From Kiritimatiellia bacterium (GTDB lineage: Bacteria; Verrucomicrobiota; Kiritimatiellia; RFP12; UBA1067): a DNA stretch of 64,000 nucleotides. The first letter of the stretch is position 1, and every line of letters starts with the position of its first letter. Both the position numbers and the translations under genes were made by a program. Below the pieces are notes generated by a model that was not told the DNA's origin, made no database searches, and saw only the letters and a program-made list of their open reading frames with translations. The stretch is from the NCBI GenBank assembly GCA_028686345.1, contig JAQUCE010000002.1:42735-106734 (forward strand), written 5' to 3'. Shown piece after piece: positions 1-8,124 of the stretch.

Positions 1-1201
1 CGCCAATCTGCCAGCCATCCATAACCACGAGCGAATTTCGGACAGCTTTGTCATCGCTCGCCCCCAGAATCCCCATGCACAGCGCTCCCACCGAGGTCAA
101 ACCATGCGTTCCGCTCTTTGAGATATAGCCAAAGCCTCCGTTATCACCCGCGTTGCTTTTAAAGCCTTTGACTGCCAGCTTGGCAGCCCTATCCAGCCCC
201 TCCACTTTGAGGCCCGCCAGTTTAGCCGCCTTGAGCGCCTGGGCGCACCAACCCATGTAAGAGGTGTCATCCCGGTATTTTCCTGTTGCCGAATCGATAC
301 CCGGCTCCATCTTATAGGTCCAGCCGCCGGTCGGATGCTGCCCTTTGATAATCGGAAGCAGCGCCAGCTCAGCCGACTCTTTGACATTGGGATTCCGCGT
401 CATGCCATAGGCTTCGCACATCGCATAGGTTGCGATCGGGTGCGAGTAGTAATGCTGATCCTGATTGGGATAAACTCCGGTTGTCCGATCCTGTCCTGCC
501 ATCAAAAACTCAATGGCGCGCTGAACCGTGTCGCCGAACTCCTCGGATTTGCCTGGCAGCTCGTTGTGCGCCAGGAATGTTAGAATCGCCAGCCCAGTCA
601 TGGCTGACTTATTTTTGTTCCAGCTTCCATCAGCAACCTGCGTCTTTTTCAGCCAGCGCAGCGCCTTGAGGACCGCGTCTTCAGTGTCTGTTTGGCGCCG
701 CGCGCCAACGCCGTCGCCGCGCCCGTCACCCAAACCTGAGGTCAAGTCCGTAAAGGTCGGGCCCACCTTAAAGCCCGCTAACACAACAATACTCTGGTTG
801 TCTAAAACCCTCTGGGGTGGCGGTTCAACATCCTCAAGCGCAGGGTTGAGATCAAGATTTCCAATAAAAGTCGCCTCTGGCTGGGCAACTTCTGAAGGAT
901 CACTTTTCTCGGATTTGGGTGGTTCAGTTAAGGTCTTCGGCTTCTCCTCTGGAATCCATCGCACGACCGTTGTGCTTTGTTCCTTTGGCAGCGAGCCACT
1001 CAGCATGAACAAGAGCAGTAGGGCCAGCAGCGGAAAGAAGAGCGCGCTCGCTGGCGCTGAGAGGCGCTGCCCTTCAATCAGTGCCTCTTTATACTCTTTG
1101 GAGTCTTTTGGCTGCCGGATGCCGGTGATCATCTTTTTCATGCGGCGCAAGAGCGAATCGCTCTGGTATCGCTCAGCAATCTCTTTAAGATTAGTATTCA
1201 T
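1..1201 (-). CDS. TonB-topology membrane-anchored protein with a C-terminal prenyltransferase/squalene-oxidase (QW-motif) alpha/alpha-toroid repeat domain. The C-terminal end lies beyond window coordinate 1. Paralog of 4613..6196.
   Basis: Manual minus-strand translation from ATG at 1201..1199 (AAGGTGG RBS upstream) gives MNTNLKEIAERYQSDSLLRRMKKMITG..., open to position 1. It has a single TM helix (ALFFPLLALLLLFMLSG), an acidic/Pro-rich linker, and QW motifs LRWLKKTQVADGSW and IIKGQHPTGGWTY. There is strong nucleotide similarity to the 5130-5400 region of the paralog. It is absent from the ORF track because no stop codon falls inside the window. Confidence 0.6.
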   Translation of the reverse strand, partial: MNTNLKEIAERYQSDSLLRRMKKMITGIRQPKDSKEYKEALIEGQRLSAPASALFFPLLALLLLFMLSGSLPKEQSTTVVRWIPEEKPKTLTEPPKSEKSDPSEVAQPEATFIGNLDLNPALEDVEPPPQRVLDNQSIVVLAGFKVGPTFTDLTSGLGDGRGDGVGARRQTDTEDAVLKALRWLKKTQVADGSWNKNKSAMTGLAILTFLAHNELPGKSEEFGDTVQRAIEFLMAGQDRTTGVYPNQDQHYYSHPIATYAMCEAYGMTRNPNVKESAELALLPIIKGQHPTGGWTYKMEPGIDSATGKYRDDTSYMGWCAQALKAAKLAGLKVEGLDRAAKLAVKGFKSNAGDNGGFGYISKSGTHGLTSVGALCMGILGASDDKAVRNSLVVMDGWQIG

Positions 1202-1221
1202 TTCAAACCACCTTTCATTGT

Positions 1222-1620
1222 TTATAAACTGAAAATCGACAGATTTGTCATACCATGTTTGCTGCAGATATCCAGTGCCTGGATCAGCAAAGCATGCGCA
1301 GAATCAGCGGTGCACTTGATCGTGACTGAAGCACTTTTGCTTAAAAGGGAGTACTGCTCCATCCTGCGATCCAGCTCCGCGTTACTCATCGCCCGTCCAT
1401 TAAAGGCAAACCCTTGTGGTGAGAGGGTGACCTCAATCAGATCAACTCTCGTAGCATTAGTCTCCGGAGAAGCGGGCCGAGCAGCTGTCAGTTTGGATAA
1501 AATATCATCCTGTCTGATAGCGACCAAAAAAAAGATTAATAGCTGAAACACAACATCAATCATAGGTGTCATGTCTAAACAAGGGGCCGACCCCTTGTCG
1601 CTTTTACTGTAACGTGTCAT
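1222..1620 (-). CDS. exbD: ExbD/TolR family biopolymer transport protein
   Basis: 132 aa with the N-terminal signature LDMTPMIDVVFQLLIFFLV (ExbD TM segment) and a periplasmic domain. It sits immediately upstream of the QW-repeat TonB-like gene. Confidence 0.85.
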   Translation of the reverse strand: MTRYSKSDKGSAPCLDMTPMIDVVFQLLIFFLVAIRQDDILSKLTAARPASPETNATRVDLIEVTLSPQGFAFNGRAMSNAELDRRMEQYSLLSKSASVTIKCTADSAHALLIQALDICSKHGMTNLSIFSL

Positions 1621-1740
1621 CTCGATCTCCTTTTAGTTATGCCAGTCAATCTACTATGGATCGAAATTAATATATACTCTCCCTGATTTGAGAACACTTT
1701 ATCAAAAAAAATGAGCTTTGTAAATAATTAAAAACTAAAG

Positions 1741-1917
1741 CTGCCAAAAGAGTTTGTGTGATGGCCGCGAGGTCGTCGCCTGGCTGCGAACAGTGCCGAC
1801 GAGGACATCAGCACTCTACGAACGACCTTGCAATGTAAACGTACACTTTGTCGCAAGCTTTGTCGTAAACTTTGTTGGAGTGGAATGAACGCGCCACGTT
1901 GTTTTTGAGGTGAAAAT
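1741..1917 (+). repeat. Dispersed intergenic repeat family 4 copy (related copies at 12700-12945, 14599-14880, 40449-40620 reverse-complemented, plus fragments at 36200-36290, 36660-36720, 47940-48000, 48500-48600)
   Basis: Shared blocks seen by eye, e.g. ctttgtcgcaagctttgtcgtaaactttgttggagtggaatgaacgcg...cgttgtttttgaggtgaaaa and caatcgtcggtcaacatcgtcgcacag. Confidence 0.6.
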
Positions 1918-2110
1918 GTTTTCTGCAGGCAAGATGCTTGCACTACTCCATTATCACTTTTACGGTAACGTCTCAATAACACGCTTTGGAGCAGCCTTCC
2001 TCCTCCGCCAAGGCTACGGCGCGACAAGAAAGGCTGGACAACAAACCTTATGCAGCAGCCGTTTGTTGTTCACGCTTCAGCGGGCTCTTTGTTCTCTGAC
2101 TGGTTATTGA
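1916..2110 (+). repeat. Structured ~170-nt dispersed repeat family 2 copy (candidate small RNA or MITE). Other copies are at 19640-19830 (reverse strand), 40726-40890 and 44690-44870.
   Basis: Conserved core: gcaagcaagatgcttgcactactccattatc...ggagcagccttccgtcttcgcgcttcg.agctacgccggacacggaaaggctggacaacaaaccttacg..gcagccgtttgttg. It contains nested inverted repeats: gcaagca/tgcttgc, cagccttccgt/acggaaaggctg, caacaaac/gtttgttg. Confidence 0.6.
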
Positions 2111-2235
2111 AAAACTACCTTCGCGAGTAAAGAGGTCGGACAAGCAACGTAGGTCTGATTTCGAATCGGACATCTCCGGTTGTAAACCGGAGCTACAGAA
2201 GATCGGCATACTGCAACAGGTATGTGAAAAGCGCG

Positions 2236-2360
2236 TCCTAGGGTGTAGGGTTGCTTCTCAGAAGCAATTAGCGGATGCCAGCTGGTTGTTCGCCAAAGGT
2301 GCGCCAAAGGATTTCATGATCTTTGTTTGGTTCATCCGTCTTCAGGCTTCACAAAAGCTA
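2236..2360 (+). repeat. Dispersed repeat family 3 copy (related copies at 12380-12560 and 36420-36600 reverse-complemented; fragments at 48460-48500 and 55830-55880)
   Basis: Shared string gtagggttgcttctcagaagcaattagcggatgcc.g.tggttgttcgccaaagg...atctttgtttgg.tcatccgtcttc. Confidence 0.55.
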
Positions 2361-2376
2361 CGCCCCTTATGCGTCC

Positions 2377-3051
2377 TCACACCCCAACCAGCAAGCCCTC
2401 TTGGATCTCCAGAATCCGGTCGCACAGTGCCGCGCTCTGCATGGAGTGGGTGACCATAATCAGCGCCGAGCCATTGACGCTGGAGAGTTCAAAGAGCAGA
2501 TCCATCACCTGCGAGCCGGTTTTGCTATCCAGATTGCCGGTCGGCTCATCGGCCAGCACCAGCGCCGGGTTGTTGATCAGTGCCCGCGCCAACGCGACGC
2601 GCTGTTGCTCACCGCCTGAGAGTTCCATTGGCATATGACTAACACGATCGCTCAGTCCAACACGCGCCAGCAGCTCCAGTGCGCGCGCGCGCATCTCGGA
2701 GCGAGTGATTTTGAGAACTCCGGTCATGGCGGGCAGCATTACATTCTCGGTCACATCCATTTCCGGCAGAAGGTGGTATGACTGAAAAACAAAACCGATC
2801 CGGGCGGCTCGCACCGCCGTTCTTTTACGCCGCGAGATATTATACAGCGGGATCCCGTCAATCAGCACCTCGCCGGAATCAGGGCGATCCAAGCCGCCCA
2901 GCACATGCAGCAGGGTGCTTTTGCCGGCACCGCTGCGTCCGACAACTGCGACGCGCTCGCCCTCTCTAACTGCTATCCCAGCACCCTTCAGCACACTGAC
3001 TTGCTGATGGGGTAGAGTATAGGTTTTAAATAAATTTTTCGCTTCCAGCAT
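2377..3051 (-). CDS. lolD: Lipoprotein-releasing system ATP-binding protein (LolD-like ABC ATPase)
   Basis: Walker A GRSGAGKST, ABC signature LSGGEQQRVALARAL, Walker B LVLADEPTGNLD. It is paired with an FtsX/MacB-type permease. The start was chosen at MLEAKNLFKTY rather than the upstream ORF-track Met. Confidence 0.75.
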   Translation of the reverse strand: MLEAKNLFKTYTLPHQQVSVLKGAGIAVREGERVAVVGRSGAGKSTLLHVLGGLDRPDSGEVLIDGIPLYNISRRKRTAVRAARIGFVFQSYHLLPEMDVTENVMLPAMTGVLKITRSEMRARALELLARVGLSDRVSHMPMELSGGEQQRVALARALINNPALVLADEPTGNLDSKTGSQVMDLLFELSSVNGSALIMVTHSMQSAALCDRILEIQEGLLVGV

Positions 3052-3109
3052 TGATTGCCTCTTTCCACGGCAGCGGCCCACGGCTCATCCGCCTGACATT
3101 CCCGCAACT

Positions 3110-4336
3110 CTACTCCTTACGCAGCGCAACAACAGGATCCATGCGCGCGGCTCTCCAGGCGGGCAGGAAACTGGCGACCGTGCAGAACATGATCACCGAC
3201 ATCGCCACATTCACCACCTCAGAGGGGATGATCCGCCAGGGGATGGCATTCAGCCCATAGATCGCCTTGGGAAAGACCTCCACTCCCAGCATACCCAGCC
3301 CATTCACCATGGACTGCAAGTTGTACAAAATCAGGAAGGCCGCGACGATCCCCAGCAAGGTTCCGATCAGACACTGGATCCAGCCGTAAATCACAAAGGC
3401 GCCCATGACCTGGCGCGAAGAGAAACCCAGTGCCTTGAGCAGGCCGATCTCATCGGTTTTCTGCACTGTCAGCACAATCAAGGTGTTGGTGACACAGAAA
3501 ATAGCAACGACCGTGATAAACATCAGCAGAATCACCATCATATTTTTCTCAACCGCCAAAGCATTGAAAATCTGGCGGTCGATCTCCTGCCAGGTCTGGA
3601 CTTGAAAATTGGGTGTGATATCCTCAACCCGTCCCACAACCTTGTTGAAAAACTCAAAATTGGCGGGTTGTTCGGTCTTGAGGTGGATGGAATAGACCCC
3701 TGAGCTCATACCCATCAGGTCGCGCGTCACGGCCAGCGAGGTGATAATGTAACCAGAGTCAAAGTCACGCTGCCCTGACTCGAAGATCCCTTTGACAATC
3801 AAACGGTCGGGAAAGTAGACCTCATCCGTGGAAACCAGATTCATAGGCGAGTAGACGAGCAGATCGTCGCCAACGTCCACCCCAAGTTCCTGTGCCAGAT
3901 CAGTGCCCAGTACCACGGCGTCACCGGTCACATCAAACTCACCCGCGCGCATGTGCTCCAGTTGCATAATATTTTTCGCGCGCACCGGATCCACTCCGAT
4001 CAGCACTGGGGCCACCACGCGCCGGTGATTTTCCACCAGCACCCTGGTCTCCAGTGACGGTGAGGCGGCTTTGACCCCCTCCACCAGCTCCAGCCGGCGG
4101 CAGAGGGCCTCCTCATCTTGGATGACCTTGCCCGCGAACGCACGGATGATGATATGGGGTTTGAAATCCAGGATCTTCTCCTGCCACATGTCGCCAAAAC
4201 CGGTCATCACTGCGCGCACAATAATGATAATGGCCACACCCAGCACAACACCGAGTACCGAGATCAGCGAGACTACCGATGTGACAGTGCGCTTGGGTTT
4301 CAAGTATTTCAGCGCCAAAAAAAGCGAAAAAAGCAT
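3110..4336 (-). CDS. LolC/LolE family lipoprotein-release ABC permease (FtsX-like with MacB periplasmic domain)
   Basis: 408 aa with N-terminal TM1, a large periplasmic domain, then 3 C-terminal TM helices typical of FtsX/LolCE. It is adjacent to the LolD-like ATPase. Confidence 0.75.
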   Translation of the reverse strand: MLFSLFLALKYLKPKRTVTSVVSLISVLGVVLGVAIIIIVRAVMTGFGDMWQEKILDFKPHIIIRAFAGKVIQDEEALCRRLELVEGVKAASPSLETRVLVENHRRVVAPVLIGVDPVRAKNIMQLEHMRAGEFDVTGDAVVLGTDLAQELGVDVGDDLLVYSPMNLVSTDEVYFPDRLIVKGIFESGQRDFDSGYIITSLAVTRDLMGMSSGVYSIHLKTEQPANFEFFNKVVGRVEDITPNFQVQTWQEIDRQIFNALAVEKNMMVILLMFITVVAIFCVTNTLIVLTVQKTDEIGLLKALGFSSRQVMGAFVIYGWIQCLIGTLLGIVAAFLILYNLQSMVNGLGMLGVEVFPKAIYGLNAIPWRIIPSEVVNVAMSVIMFCTVASFLPAWRAARMDPVVALRKE

Positions 4337-4420
4337 ATAAATTCTCAGTAGCGTCCCATAATCGCTTAAGCGGCTAGAAAAAACTATTAATTGTTCTTTC
4401 CCAAAAGTTGTTTATTGTGG

Positions 4421-4590
4421 CATCATTGCGGATATACTTCGCAATCATCCACCGCATAGCGGCGGATATACTTTACAATCATCCACCGCATAGCGGCGGA
4501 TATACTTTGCAATCATCCACCGCATAGCGGCGGATATACTTTGCAATCATCCACCGCATAGCGGCGGATATACTGTGCGTGGCTCTTAAA
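4421..4590. repeat. Tandem array of a 34-bp unit ATCCACCGCATAGCGGCGGATATACTTTGCAATC (4 full copies plus partials). Each unit holds the hairpin core CCGC-ATA-GCGG.
   Basis: The period-34 repeat is read directly from the sequence and is contiguous, with no unique spacers. The same 26-bp core recurs as inverted pairs at 14893-14961 and, diverged, at 51301-51375. Confidence 0.8.
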
Positions 4591-4612
4591 GGCCGAAGCA
4601 CATGCGTCCGTA

Positions 4613-6196
4613 TTACAGATTCCCGACATCAACCTCAATATCGCCGGTGTCGGTTGAGGTAGCCTCGATCTCCGCTTCAACCTGGACCGCTTCGCGGCTG
4701 GTGGTTGGCAGGTTGCGGTAGTATACCATCAATTGAAGCGCTACCAGACAGGTGTCCATCACCGGACGGTCGGTGTGCGCGTCAACGTTTTCCCACCACC
4801 CAATATCCTGATCTTTGCCGTTCATATCTTTGATCGCGTTTTTTGTAATCTTTTGGGCTTTGATATAAACCGGCTTCATCTCGGCGTTCCAATTGGCCCA
4901 GCGCTTACCGCCAGCATGAAATTTGGCTTGCGTTGCGTAGTAAAAATAGTACTGCGGGCTTCCGCCGACCTTATTCTCCTTATCAAACTCTCCGATACTC
5001 CACCCATCCATCAGATCCTGTGATTTGCGCACTGTGGTGTCGCTGCCAGCTCCCAGCAGCTGCAAACACAGCACACCCACGGCGGTCAATCCACCGCTGC
5101 CAGGCGAGGTATAACCGAACCCGCCATTCACAGCTGCATTGGCCTTAAAACCCTTAACCGAGTCCCGCATCGACTTGTCCAGCCCGTCAACATCGAGCCG
5201 CGCCAGTTTGCCTGCTTTAAGCGCCTGGGCACACCATCCCATATAAGAGGTGTCATCACGGTATTTTCCGCTCTCGGGGTCGACACCGGGGAAGAGTTTG
5301 TAGGTCCAGCCGCCAGTTGGGTGCTGTCCTTTGATAATCTGCTCCAGCGACTTTTCGGCGGCATACTTAACATTCGGATTCAGGGTCATGCCGTAGGCCT
5401 CGCACAATGCGTATGAGGCAATGGGGTGATCATAGTTGTTACCGCCGCCTGGCAGCAAACCGTTGTCGCGCTGTACCTTCATCAGATACTCCAGAGCCTT
5501 GCGCACAGTTTCGCCAAACTCCGGCGAGTCACCGGGTTTCTCTCCGTGAGCTAAGAAGGTCAGCACTCCCAGGCCGGTCATGGCGACCTTATTCTTGCTC
5601 CAGCTTCCATCTGCGTTCTGATTTTTCTTGAGCCAGCGCAGTGCCCGCATCACCGCCTCTTCGGTCTGTTTATCGCCGCCAAAACGGGCCAGTGAGGCGC
5701 CACGGGTGCCGGTATTACGTATATCGCCATAGATATTTTTAAGAATCACGGGACTTTTCACATTCATGACAGTGTCAAACTCCTGAGGCTGGGGGCTCAT
5801 GGGAGTGTCCTGCACATTCTCGACGCTCACATTCGGGGTGTCAACAGGCACGTCAATCTCGATCTGCTCCATATCTTCAGGCGGTTTCTCCAGGACTTCA
5901 ACGTCCTCCAGCTCCTGCATCTCCTCAGCCTCCATGATCTGCGTCTCAATAATCCGGTCATCGGTGACCGAAGCATTCGACAACACAACCAGCAACAGAA
6001 CCGAGAGCAGCGGCAACAGAACAGCTGAAATCGGGGCGGAGAGGCGCTGAATTTCAATCATCGCCACTTTATAAGCTCTGGAGTCACGCGGCGCTTTTAA
6101 GCCGGTGAAGAGCTTTTTCATCCGCTTGATGTAGGACTCATTGCCATACATCTCGGCGATCTCTGCGAGATTCGCATCTACCTCATTGAAATCCAT
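4613..6196 (-). CDS. TonB-topology membrane-anchored protein with a C-terminal prenyltransferase/squalene-oxidase (QW-motif) alpha/alpha-toroid repeat domain
   Basis: 527 aa with a ~50-aa cytoplasmic N-terminus, a single TM (ISAVLLPLLSVLLLVVLS), an acidic/Pro-rich linker (EEMQELEDVEVLEKPPEDMEQIEIDVPVDTPNV...PQPQEF), then QW motifs (LRWLKKNQNADGSW, IIKGQHPTGGWTY, MKVQRDNGLL). RBS AAGGGTGG lies before the ATG at 6196. Confidence 0.6.
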   Translation of the reverse strand: MDFNEVDANLAEIAEMYGNESYIKRMKKLFTGLKAPRDSRAYKVAMIEIQRLSAPISAVLLPLLSVLLLVVLSNASVTDDRIIETQIMEAEEMQELEDVEVLEKPPEDMEQIEIDVPVDTPNVSVENVQDTPMSPQPQEFDTVMNVKSPVILKNIYGDIRNTGTRGASLARFGGDKQTEEAVMRALRWLKKNQNADGSWSKNKVAMTGLGVLTFLAHGEKPGDSPEFGETVRKALEYLMKVQRDNGLLPGGGNNYDHPIASYALCEAYGMTLNPNVKYAAEKSLEQIIKGQHPTGGWTYKLFPGVDPESGKYRDDTSYMGWCAQALKAGKLARLDVDGLDKSMRDSVKGFKANAAVNGGFGYTSPGSGGLTAVGVLCLQLLGAGSDTTVRKSQDLMDGWSIGEFDKENKVGGSPQYYFYYATQAKFHAGGKRWANWNAEMKPVYIKAQKITKNAIKDMNGKDQDIGWWENVDAHTDRPVMDTCLVALQLMVYYRNLPTTSREAVQVEAEIEATSTDTGDIEVDVGNL

Positions 6197-6216
6197 AGTG
6201 TTCCACCCTTCTTTTG

Positions 6217-6621
6217 TCAGATACTAAAGATCGACAGGTTGGTCATGCCATTCTTGTTGCAGATATCCAACGACTGCACCAGAAAGGCATGCGGTGAGTC
6301 GGCGGTGCATTTAATGACAATCATCGCCGTCTTGCTCAGGTCGGCGTAACGTTTGATCCTGCGGTCAAGCTCCACTAAAGAGACAGGCCGTCCATTCAAA
6401 ATAAACCCCTGGGGCGCGACCTGGATTGTGATCAATTCGGGCTGATTCTCTTTTCGCGCTCTTGGATCCGCAGCTGGACGAGCTGCGGAAAGTTTTGACA
6501 GGATGTCCTCCTGTTTAATTGTCACAATAAAGAAAATCAACAACTGAAAGACAACATCAATCATTGGTGTCATGTCCAGTTTCGGGGTCTCTCCTTTATT
6601 TTGTTTTCTTACATAAGCCAT
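6217..6621 (-). CDS. exbD: ExbD/TolR family biopolymer transport protein
   Basis: 134 aa, LDMTPMIDVVFQLLIFFIV signature. Confidence 0.85.
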   Translation of the reverse strand: MAYVRKQNKGETPKLDMTPMIDVVFQLLIFFIVTIKQEDILSKLSAARPAADPRARKENQPELITIQVAPQGFILNGRPVSLVELDRRIKRYADLSKTAMIVIKCTADSPHAFLVQSLDICNKNGMTNLSIFSI

Positions 6622-6641
6622 CTAAAGCCTCCTGGCATTTA

Positions 6642-7139
6642 TCATTTTTTCCCTGCTTTATGCTCTTGAATAGCCACGAACGACAGCTTCCAAATTCCCA
6701 CGCCCGTGCAGATATCCATAACCTCGCGCACCTTTTCGTGCGCAGTTTTGCGGTCTGCGCGAATCAACACGGGAAACTCATTTCCGTTGCGGTTGACGCG
6801 GGCTTTTAGAATCTGTTGCAGTTGATATTTCGACAGCGTCGCATTATGGATTGAGATGCGCCCACCCCGCGCCAGCTCAATTTCGAGCGTGGTTGGCGGC
6901 ATATTATCCTGTGTCAGCGTCACGCCATGCTTGCCATCCTCCAGCATGATCTCCTCATTGCGGTCAGATGTCATTTTAAGCGTGACCACAAAGAAAATAA
7001 TCAACTGGAACACAACGTCAATCATCGGTGTCATATCCACATCGCACGTCTCGGTTGAGCTATGTCTTCTTTTGTGCATGGTTCGGTTCCTTTGTCTGCT
7101 ATAGGCAGTTAAATTCGCACTTCGCAGTCGGGCAGCCAC
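6642..7139 (-). CDS. exbD: ExbD/TolR family biopolymer transport protein (second ExbD of the operon). The true start may be the internal Met near 7079.
   Basis: VDMTPMIDVVFQLIIFFVVTLK signature. An AAGGAACC RBS precedes the internal MHKRR start. Confidence 0.8.
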   Translation of the reverse strand: MAARLRSANLTAYSRQRNRTMHKRRHSSTETCDVDMTPMIDVVFQLIIFFVVTLKMTSDRNEEIMLEDGKHGVTLTQDNMPPTTLEIELARGGRISIHNATLSKYQLQQILKARVNRNGNEFPVLIRADRKTAHEKVREVMDICTGVGIWKLSFVAIQEHKAGKK

Positions 7140-7237
7140 AAATGACAGCCCGACTGCCGCGCTTTAAAACATGGCAATCCTATGATCAATAGCCAACTGA
7201 AGCCCGGTTAAAAGGGCGGCAGCTGCCACGGACGGAT

Positions 7238-8029
7238 TTAGTCGCTAACAATCTCGACGTTGCGCAAATCCTTAATCAATTCCATGGTCATCGCCTGCAT
7301 GCGCAAGACCAAACGGTTGGCATTGTTACGGATGGCGTAATAAAAAGTGATTGAGGGAATCGCAATCGCCAGACCGGCGGCGGTAGTCCAGAGCGCCTGC
7401 GAGATGTTCATTGCCAGGGCGCCGACATCGGGGGCGCCTGTGGCCAGGGTGGAGAAACTCATGATCATGCCTTGCACGGTACCCAGCAGCCCCAACATGG
7501 GCGAGAGGTTGGAGCAGACAGAGATCCAGGTCAGACGCTGCATCAGTCGCTCAGTCTCCAGGTCAGCGGCTGCGATGATCGATTCCTGAATAATGTCGAA
7601 GCCCTCTTCCACATGCGAAAAGCCGGCGGTTAGAATATTGGCCAGTGGTCCGGGCTCGGATTCACAGGCTTGCAGGGCTTTCATCACATCACCCTCGGAC
7701 ATGCCCTCTTTCACGCGGTTGATCAGCGTCTCAGGCATGACCTTCTGCGGGCGAATCAAGACTGAACAGTCAACAATAAAGTACACTGCCGCGCCGCCGC
7801 AACCAAACAGAGCTGCCCACAACACCATTCCCAGCCATCCTGAACCCACAATCACAGCCCAGAACCCGGCGGATTTAGGCGCCTGTCTGGCCCCTGCCGC
7901 GCCTCCTTCGGCGACCAATACGCCCTCAGCGGCAGCGGCAGCTGGCGCATCTACATCTTGCGCCATGACCGGCGCACTCCCAAGCATCAACCCTGTGAAC
8001 ACTACTGCTGACAAAATCAGTCTTTTCAT
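7238..8029 (-). CDS. exbB: MotA/TolQ/ExbB proton-channel family protein with an N-terminal signal peptide and a long periplasmic N-terminus
   Basis: C-terminal LSPMLGLLGTVQGMIMSF...ALWTTAAGLAIAIPSITFYYAIRN matches the ExbB/TolQ TM2-TM3 signature. It lies directly upstream of two exbD genes. Confidence 0.85.
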   Translation of the reverse strand: MKRLILSAVVFTGLMLGSAPVMAQDVDAPAAAAAEGVLVAEGGAAGARQAPKSAGFWAVIVGSGWLGMVLWAALFGCGGAAVYFIVDCSVLIRPQKVMPETLINRVKEGMSEGDVMKALQACESEPGPLANILTAGFSHVEEGFDIIQESIIAAADLETERLMQRLTWISVCSNLSPMLGLLGTVQGMIMSFSTLATGAPDVGALAMNISQALWTTAAGLAIAIPSITFYYAIRNNANRLVLRMQAMTMELIKDLRNVEIVSD

Positions 8030-8124
8030 TGTTACCTCTTGTGTTTTTATTACTCGTGTTTTTTAAAGTTAGCTGTTGACTAACAAAACTTTTGTTTATG
8101 CCCCGTCCGGGGCACACCTGCGGT

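Noticed and set aside
528-1232. 234-aa plus-strand ORF at the start of the window
   Set aside because: It is antisense to a well-supported minus-strand gene (QW-repeat TonB-like protein, ATG at 1201 with RBS), has low-complexity composition, and lacks motifs.
4421-4590. Possible CRISPR array (34-bp repeats with an internal hairpin)
   Set aside because: The units are contiguous and identical across the whole 34-bp period, with no unique spacers, and no cas genes are nearby. It is a tandem minisatellite of a dispersed palindromic element.
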